A stretch of 64,000 nt of DNA, from assembly GCA_945862145.1 (NCBI GenBank), contig CAMAXE010000003.1:164139-228138 (forward strand), in the 5' to 3' direction. This stretch comes from Klebsiella pneumoniae (GTDB taxonomy: Bacteria; Pseudomonadota; Gammaproteobacteria; Pseudomonadales; UBA5518). The number at the start of each line of letters is the position of its first letter. Positions within the stretch are counted from its first letter, which is position 1. The notes beneath the pieces are model-generated. The model made no database searches. It had not been told where the DNA came from and saw only the letters and a list, made by a program, of their open reading frames with translations. Below are positions 18,839 through 26,973 of the stretch, in pieces. The position numbers and the translations under genes are program-made.

Positions 18839-19367
18839 GCCGGTAACTGGTTTCACAAGCCGCCTGGTGCTCGTGCTCGTGTTTGGAGTGGCACTGGTGC
18901 ACAAGCTCCGCGAGCCTTCCCGCTTTATCGGAGTGCTGCGCGAGTACAGGTTGCTTCCCGCCACGATGGTCGTGCCTGCGGCGGTTCTGGTGATCGGCGC
19001 CGAAGCGTTCGCCGTCGTGGCTATCTGGTGGCAGGGCTCGCGCGCTTGGGCGGGGATGGTCGCGGTGACGCTGCTCCTCACCTATAGCGTGGCGATCGGC
19101 ATCAACGTCCGGCGTGGCCGCAGCGAGATCGATTGCGGCTGCTCGTTCGGGCCTGCCGGCCAACCGCTCTCGAGCGCATTGCTGGTCCGCAACGCTCTAT
19201 TGTTGGCGCCATGCGCTGCGGCGGGAATCCCGGTGACGGGTGCGCTCGATGCAGTCGGGGTCGTCGTTGGGCGGCTGGGTGCGGCGGCGCTCGGGCTCTG
19301 TTACCAGGTCTGGGGCGTGCTACTCGCGAACCGGCCCCGCATCCTGCAACTGGAGGGACTGAGATGA
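18822..19367 (+). CDS. mauE: MauE-family membrane protein (methylamine utilisation accessory)
   Basis: Internal ATG of ORF 18681..19367 (MDLSIEPVTGF...). HKLREPSRF..LREYRLLP..NVRRGRSEIDCGCSFG is the characteristic MauE pattern. Four hydrophobic segments. Confidence 0.85.
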   Translation: MDLSIEPVTGFTSRLVLVLVFGVALVHKLREPSRFIGVLREYRLLPATMVVPAAVLVIGAEAFAVVAIWWQGSRAWAGMVAVTLLLTYSVAIGINVRRGRSEIDCGCSFGPAGQPLSSALLVRNALLLAPCAAAGIPVTGALDAVGVVVGRLGAAALGLCYQVWGVLLANRPRILQLEGLR

Positions 19368-19972
19368 GCACGGTGATCCTGGCGTCGAACGTGTTGCTCT
19401 GGATCACGGTGATCCTCCTCATACTTGCGGTGCTCGGGCTCAGCCGGCAGATTGGCGTGCTGCTGGAGCGGGTCGCCCCAGCGGGCGCGCTGATGACGGG
19501 CAAGGGGCTGAAGCCAGGGGAGGCCGCACCCGAACTGGAGCTGACGAGTCTGGGGGGCAAGCCGGTCCACGTGGGCGGGGCGCGCAGCGACAACCGCAGC
19601 ACGTTGCTGTTCTTCCTCTCACCGACCTGTCCCATGTGCGATGCCGTGGTGCCTGCCGTTCGCAGCCTCGCGCACAGCGAGCGCAGTTGGCTTGACGTCG
19701 TGCTGGCCAGCGATGGAGACGACGCTGACCACGAGGGCTATGTGAAGCGCAAGAAACTGCAGGAGTTGCCCTATGTGGTTTCGCGCGAGCTCGGGCTGCG
19801 TTTCCGCGTCGGTCAGCTCCCGCATGCCGCGCTGGTCGACGAGAACGGCGTCGTTGCTGCCGCCGGACTCATCAATACGCGCGAGCATCTCGACAGCCTG
19901 CTCGAGGCAAAGCATCGCGGCGTCGCGTCCCTGCAGCAGTACTTCGAGTTGAAGTCACAGCGCAAGGTTTGA
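19364..19972 (+). CDS. mauD: MauD-family thioredoxin-fold protein (TlpA-like, CPxC)
   Basis: Internal ATG of ORF 19133..19972 (MSTVILASNVLLWITVILL), giving an N-terminal TM anchor. Redox motif SPTCPMCD. ATGA overlap with mauE. Confidence 0.85.
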   Translation: MSTVILASNVLLWITVILLILAVLGLSRQIGVLLERVAPAGALMTGKGLKPGEAAPELELTSLGGKPVHVGGARSDNRSTLLFFLSPTCPMCDAVVPAVRSLAHSERSWLDVVLASDGDDADHEGYVKRKKLQELPYVVSRELGLRFRVGQLPHAALVDENGVVAAAGLINTREHLDSLLEAKHRGVASLQQYFELKSQRKV

Positions 19973-20034
19973 GTGGTGCCGCGCCGGTCTTTCTTGGTAG
20001 CGCTCTGGCGATGTGACGTTCTGGTGGGGTTTCG

Positions 20035-22446
20035 ATGAGTACGAATGGCACGGTGACGCGGGGGACAAAGGGAATGCTCTCGCCCTACCGGGTGCTGGAC
20101 CTGACCGACGATCGAGGAGACCTCGCAGGCTGTCTGCTGGCACAACTCGGCGCCGAGGTCATTGCGATCGAACCCGCAGAGGGCCAGCGCTCCCGCCAAC
20201 TGGGGCCGTTCGTGCACGATCAGCATGATCCGGAGGCGTCGCTGTCCCACTGGGCGTACAACCGGGGCAAGCGCTCCGTCGTGCTCGATTTTCCCGAGCA
20301 GCTAGAGGCGCTGGCGGAAGGCGCCGACATTCTGATCGAGTGCGGTGGCATGCCCGTCGACCTCGGGCGGCTTCGCGAGATCAATCCCCTGTTGATCACC
20401 GTGTCGATCACGCCATTCGGCCAGACCGGACCCAAGGCAGCTTGGGCGGCGACGGACCTTACCGTGTGTGCAGCCTCGGGGGCGCTCGCGCTGACGGGCG
20501 ACGAGGACCGCGCCCCGGTGCGCGTCGGCACCTCGCAGACCTGGCGGTTCGCGGCAGCAGACGCGGCATGTGCCGCGCTTCTGGCGCTGTGGGAGCGGCA
20601 CAGTTCCGGTCGCGGACAGCATGCCGACATCTCGGCGCAGGAATCCTACATCACCACGACCCAGCACCAGACCATGGCTGCGCTCGTCGGGAAACCCGCC
20701 GCACAGCGGATTGGCGGCGGGCTTCGTGTCGGGTCCGCTGTGGCGCAGGTCGTCTTTCCCGCCAGGGACGGCCACGTCACGATGGGATTCCTGGGTGGAG
20801 CACTGTTTGGTGGGTACACCGCTCGGTTGTTCGCGTGGATCCACGAGGAGGGTCTGTGCGAAGCGCGCTGGGTCGAAGCGGACTGGAGTGGAATCGGGCT
20901 TCTCAGCGAAGACCCGGAATCGGTTTACCTGATGCAGGAAGGCAAGCACGTCATTGCGCGCTTTACAGCCACCAAGACAAAGGAAGAATTGCTTGCCGGA
21001 GCCATGGAGCGGCGACTGCTGATAGCGCCGGTCATGACGACGCGCGACCTGCTGGGTCTCGAGCACCTTGCCGCACGCGCCTGGTGGCACGATGTCGAAG
21101 GCATACGCTGCCCGGGCGCCTTCGCCAAGGCGTCAGCGGCCCCGTTGCGCCTGCTCGGTCGACCTGCGCGACTGGGTGAGCACACGCGCGAGGTCCTTGC
21201 CGCGTTGCCCCGCTCTGTGGGAGAGAGCCGGGCAGTCGCCAACGGTAGCGCGCTGCCGCTGCACGGGATCACGGTGCTGGATTTCACCTGGGTTTTTGCG
21301 GGCCCGGGGACGACGCGGATCCTCGCGGATCACGGTGCTACCGTGATCCGCGTGGAGTCGCAACGCAGGCCCGACGGAGCGCGGACAGGGACACCCTTCA
21401 TCGGTGAGGCGGGCAATCAGGAAAACTCGCTCTTCTGGCACTCGCTGAATGCCGGCAAGCAGAGCTTCACGCTGGATCTTGGGCACTCCCGCGCCAGGCA
21501 GGTCATCCTTGACCTCGTGGCCCGCGCGGACATCGTCGTCGAATCGTTCTCGCCAGGGACCATGGACAGCCTGGGTATCGGCTACGAGGCGCTCCGCCAA
21601 GCGAACCCTCGCCTTATCATGCTGTCAAGCTCCCTGATGGGTCAGACCGGTCCCATGCGGGGCTACGCGGGCTACGGCATGGCCGGTGCTGCCATCGCGG
21701 GTTTCTATGCTCTTGCCGGTTGGCCCGATCGTCCCCCGAGCGGACCATTCGGGGCTTACTCGGACTACCCGGCGCCCCGCTTCGGCGTTGCCGCCCTGCT
21801 CGCTGCGCTGGAGTGGCGGCTGCGAACCGGCGAGGGCCAGTTCCTGGATTTCGCGCAACTCGAGGGGGCCGCGGAACTGCTTGCGCCGGAGATACTCGAT
21901 GCCGCGGTGAACGAGCGCGTGGTTGCAGCGCGCGGAAACGAGGATTCCTGGATGTCACCGCATGGTGTCTATCCGGTCACCGGCGAGGATCAGTGGGTCG
22001 CGATCGCCTGCGAGACGGACGAACACTGGCAGGCACTGGCGCAACTGCTAGGGCGCGGTGATCTGGCGGGCCTTGATCTGGAGCAGCGGCGCAGTCGCCG
22101 GGAAGAGCTTGACGGGGTGCTCGAGGAGTGGACGCGCGCGCGGCAAGGCGAGGAGATCGAGGCCGCGCTGCAGGCGCGCGGTGTTCCCGCACACCGGGTC
22201 CTCTACGCACCTGATGTGGTCCGCGATGCCCAACTCGAGCATCGCGGCCACTTCCAGAAGGTACCCCACCCGATCCACGGGACGAGCTGGGCGGAGCGAT
22301 CCTCGATCCGGCTCTCGCGTACGCCGGGGTTCCCGCGATGGGCGGGACCGACGATAGGCCAGCACCTGCACGAAATCCTGTCGGACATGCTCGGTTACGA
22401 CGACGAGCACATCGCAGGGCTGATCGCCGAAGGCGCGCTGGAGTAG
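20035..22446 (+). CDS. Tandem two-domain family III CoA-transferase fusion (beta-type N-domain + alpha-type C-domain)
   Basis: 803 aa. Two complete CaiB/BaiF domains start at MLSPYRVLDLTDDRG and at LPLHGITVLDFTWVFAGPG. The alternative start at 20074 (MLSPY) matches the paralog at 26974. Confidence 0.9.
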   Translation: MSTNGTVTRGTKGMLSPYRVLDLTDDRGDLAGCLLAQLGAEVIAIEPAEGQRSRQLGPFVHDQHDPEASLSHWAYNRGKRSVVLDFPEQLEALAEGADILIECGGMPVDLGRLREINPLLITVSITPFGQTGPKAAWAATDLTVCAASGALALTGDEDRAPVRVGTSQTWRFAAADAACAALLALWERHSSGRGQHADISAQESYITTTQHQTMAALVGKPAAQRIGGGLRVGSAVAQVVFPARDGHVTMGFLGGALFGGYTARLFAWIHEEGLCEARWVEADWSGIGLLSEDPESVYLMQEGKHVIARFTATKTKEELLAGAMERRLLIAPVMTTRDLLGLEHLAARAWWHDVEGIRCPGAFAKASAAPLRLLGRPARLGEHTREVLAALPRSVGESRAVANGSALPLHGITVLDFTWVFAGPGTTRILADHGATVIRVESQRRPDGARTGTPFIGEAGNQENSLFWHSLNAGKQSFTLDLGHSRARQVILDLVARADIVVESFSPGTMDSLGIGYEALRQANPRLIMLSSSLMGQTGPMRGYAGYGMAGAAIAGFYALAGWPDRPPSGPFGAYSDYPAPRFGVAALLAALEWRLRTGEGQFLDFAQLEGAAELLAPEILDAAVNERVVAARGNEDSWMSPHGVYPVTGEDQWVAIACETDEHWQALAQLLGRGDLAGLDLEQRRSRREELDGVLEEWTRARQGEEIEAALQARGVPAHRVLYAPDVVRDAQLEHRGHFQKVPHPIHGTSWAERSSIRLSRTPGFPRWAGPTIGQHLHEILSDMLGYDDEHIAGLIAEGALE

Positions 22447-22506
22447 TGCGCTGCCGCGGCGAACTGCTTCGGAAATCCACATCGACTACGGGAGGAATGC
22501 ACGCAC

Positions 22507-23010
22507 ATGGATATCGAGGAGCTCGCCAGGCAGGTCACGCTGCTGCAGGACATCGAGGCAATCAAGAGGCTAATGGCTGATTACTGCGATATCGCCGACG
22601 ACGACCACAACCAGGACCGGATCGTCACGATCTTCGCAGAGGACGGCATCTGGGAAGGGGAGCCGTTCCTGGCGTGCGGTCTTGCGGAGATACGCGCGCT
22701 ATTCAAGATGTTCGCCGAGCAGATCTGCTTCTCGCAACACAACATCTTCAATCCGCGCATCGACGTGAACGGGAATACGGCGTTCGCAACCCACTATTTC
22801 ATCGGACCGTTCACCTACCGCGAGAACGATCGCAGGTGCTGGATCATTGCGCGCTCCGAGGACGACTTCGTCAAGATCGATGGAGTGTGGAAGATCAAGC
22901 ACCATCGGGGCTTCGGCATCGAAGCCCCGGTCGATCAGGGTTGGCCCAAGGGCACGCCCCCTGAGGTTTTCGGAAACCACTGCTGGCGAGGGTGTCCCAA
23001 AACCGCGTGA
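22507..23010 (+). CDS. SnoaL-like / NTF2-fold protein
   Basis: 167 aa. LQDIEAIKRLMADYCDIADD..IFAEDGIWE pattern. Confidence 0.75.
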   Translation: MDIEELARQVTLLQDIEAIKRLMADYCDIADDDHNQDRIVTIFAEDGIWEGEPFLACGLAEIRALFKMFAEQICFSQHNIFNPRIDVNGNTAFATHYFIGPFTYRENDRRCWIIARSEDDFVKIDGVWKIKHHRGFGIEAPVDQGWPKGTPPEVFGNHCWRGCPKTA

Positions 23011-23131
23011 GACTTCCTGCGGTGGAATCGCGCCCTGCGAGAGCGCTCAGCCTGCCAGCGAGTCGGGCGCTATGCCGGAGCTGTATCGCAGGGTCTGCGA
23101 CGCGTCGCTTGCTTGCGCTGGAAGCGTCCTC

Positions 23132-23167
23132 TGCCCCCACGTCCGCTGGCCTGCGGAAGTGGGGGCA
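23132..23167. terminator. Strong GC hairpin between convergent genes (putative bidirectional terminator)
   Basis: TGCCCCCAC-g-TCCGC-tggcct-GCGGA-a-GTGGGGGCA. It lies between the end of 22507..23010(+) and the end of 23195..24433(-). No clear U-tract. Confidence 0.4.
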
Positions 23168-23194
23168 CACTGCACAGTGTTGCCGGAGGGCGGT

Positions 23195-24433
23195 TCAGGC
23201 TGCCGGCGCGGCCTGGGTCGGCATCCTGACGTGAGCCGTGCCGGTCGCTATCAGCTTCTGCAGTTGGTTGGTCATGGTCACTTCTACGGTTGCGACCGGT
23301 TGTCCCAGCCCGCGCGGATTGTCGAGGGAGACTGCGGTCACTTTCCCGTCGATGTAGGAGACATCGCCTTCGAAGGTCGGCGCCCGGTAGGCGGACTTGA
23401 AATACACGAGCTCTCCCCACTCGCCGACCCAGTTGGCGACGTAGTCAATCATCCACGTGCCCATGGTCGCTCCGAAACCGTAACCGCGCGGCAATCCGAG
23501 CAGTTTCGCCTTGCTACCCACCAGGTGACCGAGCGCCGGCCCTGCCAATACCGGATCGCCACGGCCCGGATCGATCTTGGCGCCCTCGGGGTTGCGCGAC
23601 AGTTCCGGTATCCAGCCGGCATCGCCGCTCCAGTCCGCGCCCTCGGTCGACGAGAACCCGTATTGCTCTTGACGGAACGAATTCCAGACCATGACCGGAA
23701 ACGCACTCCACTCGAGCACCATGCTCCGCACGGAGTGCGGGCCCAAGGCGCGCCGCGTGAGCACGTCTCCCGGCGTGACGCCGAGCCGGCGCTCATGGCA
23801 CAGCGCCCGGAAGCTCTGGATCCAGGCGGTGTTCTCGTGCTCCACACTGGCGAGCAGCTCCTCGGTCCACTCGGGCATGCTGTCGCCGGCATACTGGTCG
23901 CGCTTTGTGGCCTCATCGACGCCGTAGCGCACGCAGGTCGCGCGCTGCCTGGCGACGATCTCGCCGCGACCGTTGATGTAGGTAGTGTCGCCGCGCCCGA
24001 TCAAGCTCTTGCCGGCGAAGCTGGTATCGCGAATCTTGTAGTCGTGGAACATGCGATCTTGCCGGATCATGTCACCCGGGAATACGCGCGGGCCGTGGAA
24101 CCACCACTCGTCGCCAGCGAAGAGGATAGACGTGCGCGGCACATGGCCCTGGATGGCCGGCGCAGCGCCGCCGCCGCTGTCGCTCGTGGCCACCACGAAC
24201 GACTGTGGCGCCACGATCCGCCCGAAGCGGCTCCCGGCTGCGTAGTCCTCATCGTAGTAAAGAGGGTTGGGATTCTGCATGGCCTGCGCCCAGCGACGGA
24301 TGTCGTTGACATGCACCGGCTCCTTCATGTTGCTACCGGCCAGCGGAATCCCGACCCAGTTGTCGATATCGCCCTTGATGTCGAACTCGGGTTCAGCTGG
24401 CGTCTGTGCTGCCGGGTCCAGTTTCGTGCTCAT
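23195..24433 (-). CDS. Double hotdog-fold (FAS1-like/MaoC-like) acyl dehydratase
   Basis: 412 aa. The N-terminal region VHVNDIRRWAQAMQNPNPLYYDEDYA is typical of N-terminal MaoC-like dehydratase halves. The size fits two hotdog domains. Confidence 0.75.
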   Translation of the reverse strand: MSTKLDPAAQTPAEPEFDIKGDIDNWVGIPLAGSNMKEPVHVNDIRRWAQAMQNPNPLYYDEDYAAGSRFGRIVAPQSFVVATSDSGGGAAPAIQGHVPRTSILFAGDEWWFHGPRVFPGDMIRQDRMFHDYKIRDTSFAGKSLIGRGDTTYINGRGEIVARQRATCVRYGVDEATKRDQYAGDSMPEWTEELLASVEHENTAWIQSFRALCHERRLGVTPGDVLTRRALGPHSVRSMVLEWSAFPVMVWNSFRQEQYGFSSTEGADWSGDAGWIPELSRNPEGAKIDPGRGDPVLAGPALGHLVGSKAKLLGLPRGYGFGATMGTWMIDYVANWVGEWGELVYFKSAYRAPTFEGDVSYIDGKVTAVSLDNPRGLGQPVATVEVTMTNQLQKLIATGTAHVRMPTQAAPAA

Positions 24434-24653
24434 GCTTATGACACTCCTTTAGATGCGCGATGATATTAATAATGATCTATAACGATATATATAATGTATA
24501 ATTTTGCAGAAAGAGGCAACAGTATGTTAAAGATAATATCATTATGCTATCGATCCACGTCTATGCTACGGTAATCGCCATTGTGGGTCCTGCGCTCTTT
24601 CGCTTCCCGATCAATCGGCTACCGGTCACAGCGAGCAGAAGGATTTCATCATC
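24434..24653. promoter_or_regulatory. Very AT-rich divergent control region
   Basis: tgatattaataatgatctataacgatatatataatgtataattttgcag...aaagataatatcattatgctatcgat. ATAATGAT and ATCATTAT half-sites lie in inverted orientation ~60 bp apart. The region is flanked by divergent genes. Confidence 0.5.
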
Positions 24654-25763
24654 ATGATCTCATTCGGCCTGACCGAAGAGCAGGAGATGATCCGCGCGTC
24701 CGTGCGTGACTTCGCGACGACGGAGTTGCGCGGCATCGCACGCCGGTGCGACGAGGCGAGCCAACTCCCCGACGCGCTGCTCGACGCGTCTTGGTCGCTC
24801 GGGCTGGTGGCCGCATCGATTCCCGAACGGATGGGTGGGGGCGGCATGCAGCGCTCGTCCGTGACGAGCGCCATCGTGGCGGAGGAACTGGCTTTCGGTG
24901 ACGCACCCTTGGCCGCTGCGGTCCTCGCGCCCTCGCTGTTCGTGAACCCGCTGCTGGACTTCGGTACCGAGGCGCAGCAGGCGGAGTACCTTCCGCTGTT
25001 CACGCAACCGCGTTTCCATGCGGCCACGCTGGCCTTGCACGAACCCACGTTCGGCTTCGAGCCGGCACGACTGCGTACGGTCGCGGAGCGGGCCGGCGGC
25101 GGCTTCCGGATCACCGGCCGCAAGCGATTTGTGCCGCTGGGCGACCGCGCGAGCCACTTCCTGGTGGTTGCCCGAGGCGAGCGAGAGGGACTCCAGGGCC
25201 TCGAGGCCTTCATCATGCCGCGCGATGCTCGAGGTCTAACCATCGCTGAGGATCGGGAGAAGACCTTGGGCTTGGAGGCGCTGCCGCTTGCAAGCCTCGA
25301 GCTCGACGGTGTCGAGGTTCCCGCGAGTGCGCGACTCGGCGGTGAGCGTGGCATCGACGGTGCGCGCCTGATCAATCAGTGCCGCATGGGCAGCGCTGCA
25401 CTTGCCGTCGGCATATCGCGCGCGATCAAGGAATTCGCGGTCGGCTACGCCAAGGAGCGAGAGGCTTTCGGCGGGCCCATCGCCCGCAAGCAGGTGATCG
25501 CGTTCCGTCTCGCCGAAATGGAGATCGAGACGAGCACGATGCGCCTGCTCGTCTGGAAAGCAGCAAGCCAACTCGGGCAGGACATGGACGCCACGCGCGC
25601 CTCGACGCTGGCCCAGACCTATGTCTGCCGTGAGGCCATGAAGATCGCGGACAACGGTATCCAGGTTCTTGGCGGTCACGGCTACATGCGCGCCTACCCG
25701 GTGGAGATGTGGTACCGGAACACGCGCGCACTCACCCTGCTCGACGGGCTCATGGCACTGTGA
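24654..25763 (+). CDS. Acyl-CoA dehydrogenase family protein (short C-terminus, LLDG at the YEG position)
   Basis: 369 aa. MISFGLTEEQEMIRASVRDF, LGGHGYMRAYPVEMWYRNTRAL. Confidence 0.88.
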   Translation: MISFGLTEEQEMIRASVRDFATTELRGIARRCDEASQLPDALLDASWSLGLVAASIPERMGGGGMQRSSVTSAIVAEELAFGDAPLAAAVLAPSLFVNPLLDFGTEAQQAEYLPLFTQPRFHAATLALHEPTFGFEPARLRTVAERAGGGFRITGRKRFVPLGDRASHFLVVARGEREGLQGLEAFIMPRDARGLTIAEDREKTLGLEALPLASLELDGVEVPASARLGGERGIDGARLINQCRMGSAALAVGISRAIKEFAVGYAKEREAFGGPIARKQVIAFRLAEMEIETSTMRLLVWKAASQLGQDMDATRASTLAQTYVCREAMKIADNGIQVLGGHGYMRAYPVEMWYRNTRALTLLDGLMAL

Positions 25764-25800
25764 TGCGCGAGCACCTGCTGGCGAGAAGGAGAACCCGGAG

Positions 25801-26961
25801 ATGATCGATTTCTCTCTCAGCGAGAACGACCAGCAAATCCTCGATGAGATCCGGCGCCAGTCGCTTGTCTGTCGCCAGTACGCCCGCTACTACGACGAGC
25901 ACGAGGATGAATACCCGCCGGACCGGCTGCCAGAGGCCGCGGATTTCCGCAATCCCTACAAGGTCGTGGAGCGGCCCGACGATCGCGACACGCCGCGCCG
26001 CGTCCTGCAGATGCTGGTGGCTGCCGGCCAGGCCTGGGGTGACTACGGCGTCATGATGCAGCGCGGCAAGAGGGCGCTCGGAAACCTCGTCGTCGATGTT
26101 GCGGGGACATCCGAGCAGCAGCAGCGCTTCGGTGGTCTGACGCTTGCGATCTCCATCACCGAGCCGGGTTGTGGCTCGGACGCGAAGACATTGCGCACCA
26201 CTGCCGTTCTGGAAGGGGACGAATGGGTGCTCAACGGCGAAAAAATCTTCGTGACCACGGGCTGCCGTTCCGACGGTGTGGTCGTCGCGGCGACGACCGA
26301 CCGCTCGGCGGGATATCGCGCCATCCATCCTTTCGTCGTGCTGAAGGGCACGCCTGGCTTCACGGTGGCCCGCCGGGAGAAGAAGCTCGGCATCCGCGCG
26401 GACGACACCGCGACCATCGTTTTCCAGAACGCCCGTATCCCGCGCGACCATCTGCTCGGTGGCGACGAAACGTCAACGGACGGGTTCAGCGCGGTGCTGG
26501 GTGCCCTCAACGCGACGCGTCCGGCCGTGGGCATCGCCGGTCTGGGGATCGCCCAGGCGGCGCTCGATTTCACGCGCGAGCAACTGGCGGCGGAGGGAAT
26601 CGCGGTAGATTGGAGCATTGGCAGGCGCTCGCGCAGTGCGATCCAGCAGGAGATGATCGAGATCGAGGCGGACATCGAGGCGGCGATGCTCGCCATGCTG
26701 TACGCGGCCTGGTTGTCCGACGGGGCGAAATGGCAGCGGCTGGAGACCACGATCGGCAAAGCCAAGAGCGGGGAGGTCGCACGCTCCGCTGTCCGGCGTT
26801 GTATGGACCTCCTCGGCGGTCTCGGAATCTCGCGTGAATATCTCGTGGAAAAGTGGCTCCGCGATGCCCGGATCACCGATCTCTACGGCGGAACCGGCGA
26901 GATCCAGCGCCTGATCATCGCGCGCGATGTTCTGGGCTATTCCGCGAAAGAGCTGTCCTGA
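25801..26961 (+). CDS. Acyl-CoA dehydrogenase family protein (LYGGTGEI at the YEGTxEI position)
   Basis: Internal ATG of ORF 25669..26961 (MIDFSLSENDQQILDEI). ITEPGCGSDA, GGLGISREYLVEKWLRDAR. Confidence 0.88.
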   Translation: MIDFSLSENDQQILDEIRRQSLVCRQYARYYDEHEDEYPPDRLPEAADFRNPYKVVERPDDRDTPRRVLQMLVAAGQAWGDYGVMMQRGKRALGNLVVDVAGTSEQQQRFGGLTLAISITEPGCGSDAKTLRTTAVLEGDEWVLNGEKIFVTTGCRSDGVVVAATTDRSAGYRAIHPFVVLKGTPGFTVARREKKLGIRADDTATIVFQNARIPRDHLLGGDETSTDGFSAVLGALNATRPAVGIAGLGIAQAALDFTREQLAAEGIAVDWSIGRRSRSAIQQEMIEIEADIEAAMLAMLYAAWLSDGAKWQRLETTIGKAKSGEVARSAVRRCMDLLGGLGISREYLVEKWLRDARITDLYGGTGEIQRLIIARDVLGYSAKELS

Positions 26962-26973
26962 GTCGAATGGTAG

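Noticed and set aside
22847-24463. A 538-aa plus-strand ORF
   Set aside because: It is antisense to the double-hotdog dehydratase and overlaps the end of the SnoaL gene. No domain signatures are present.
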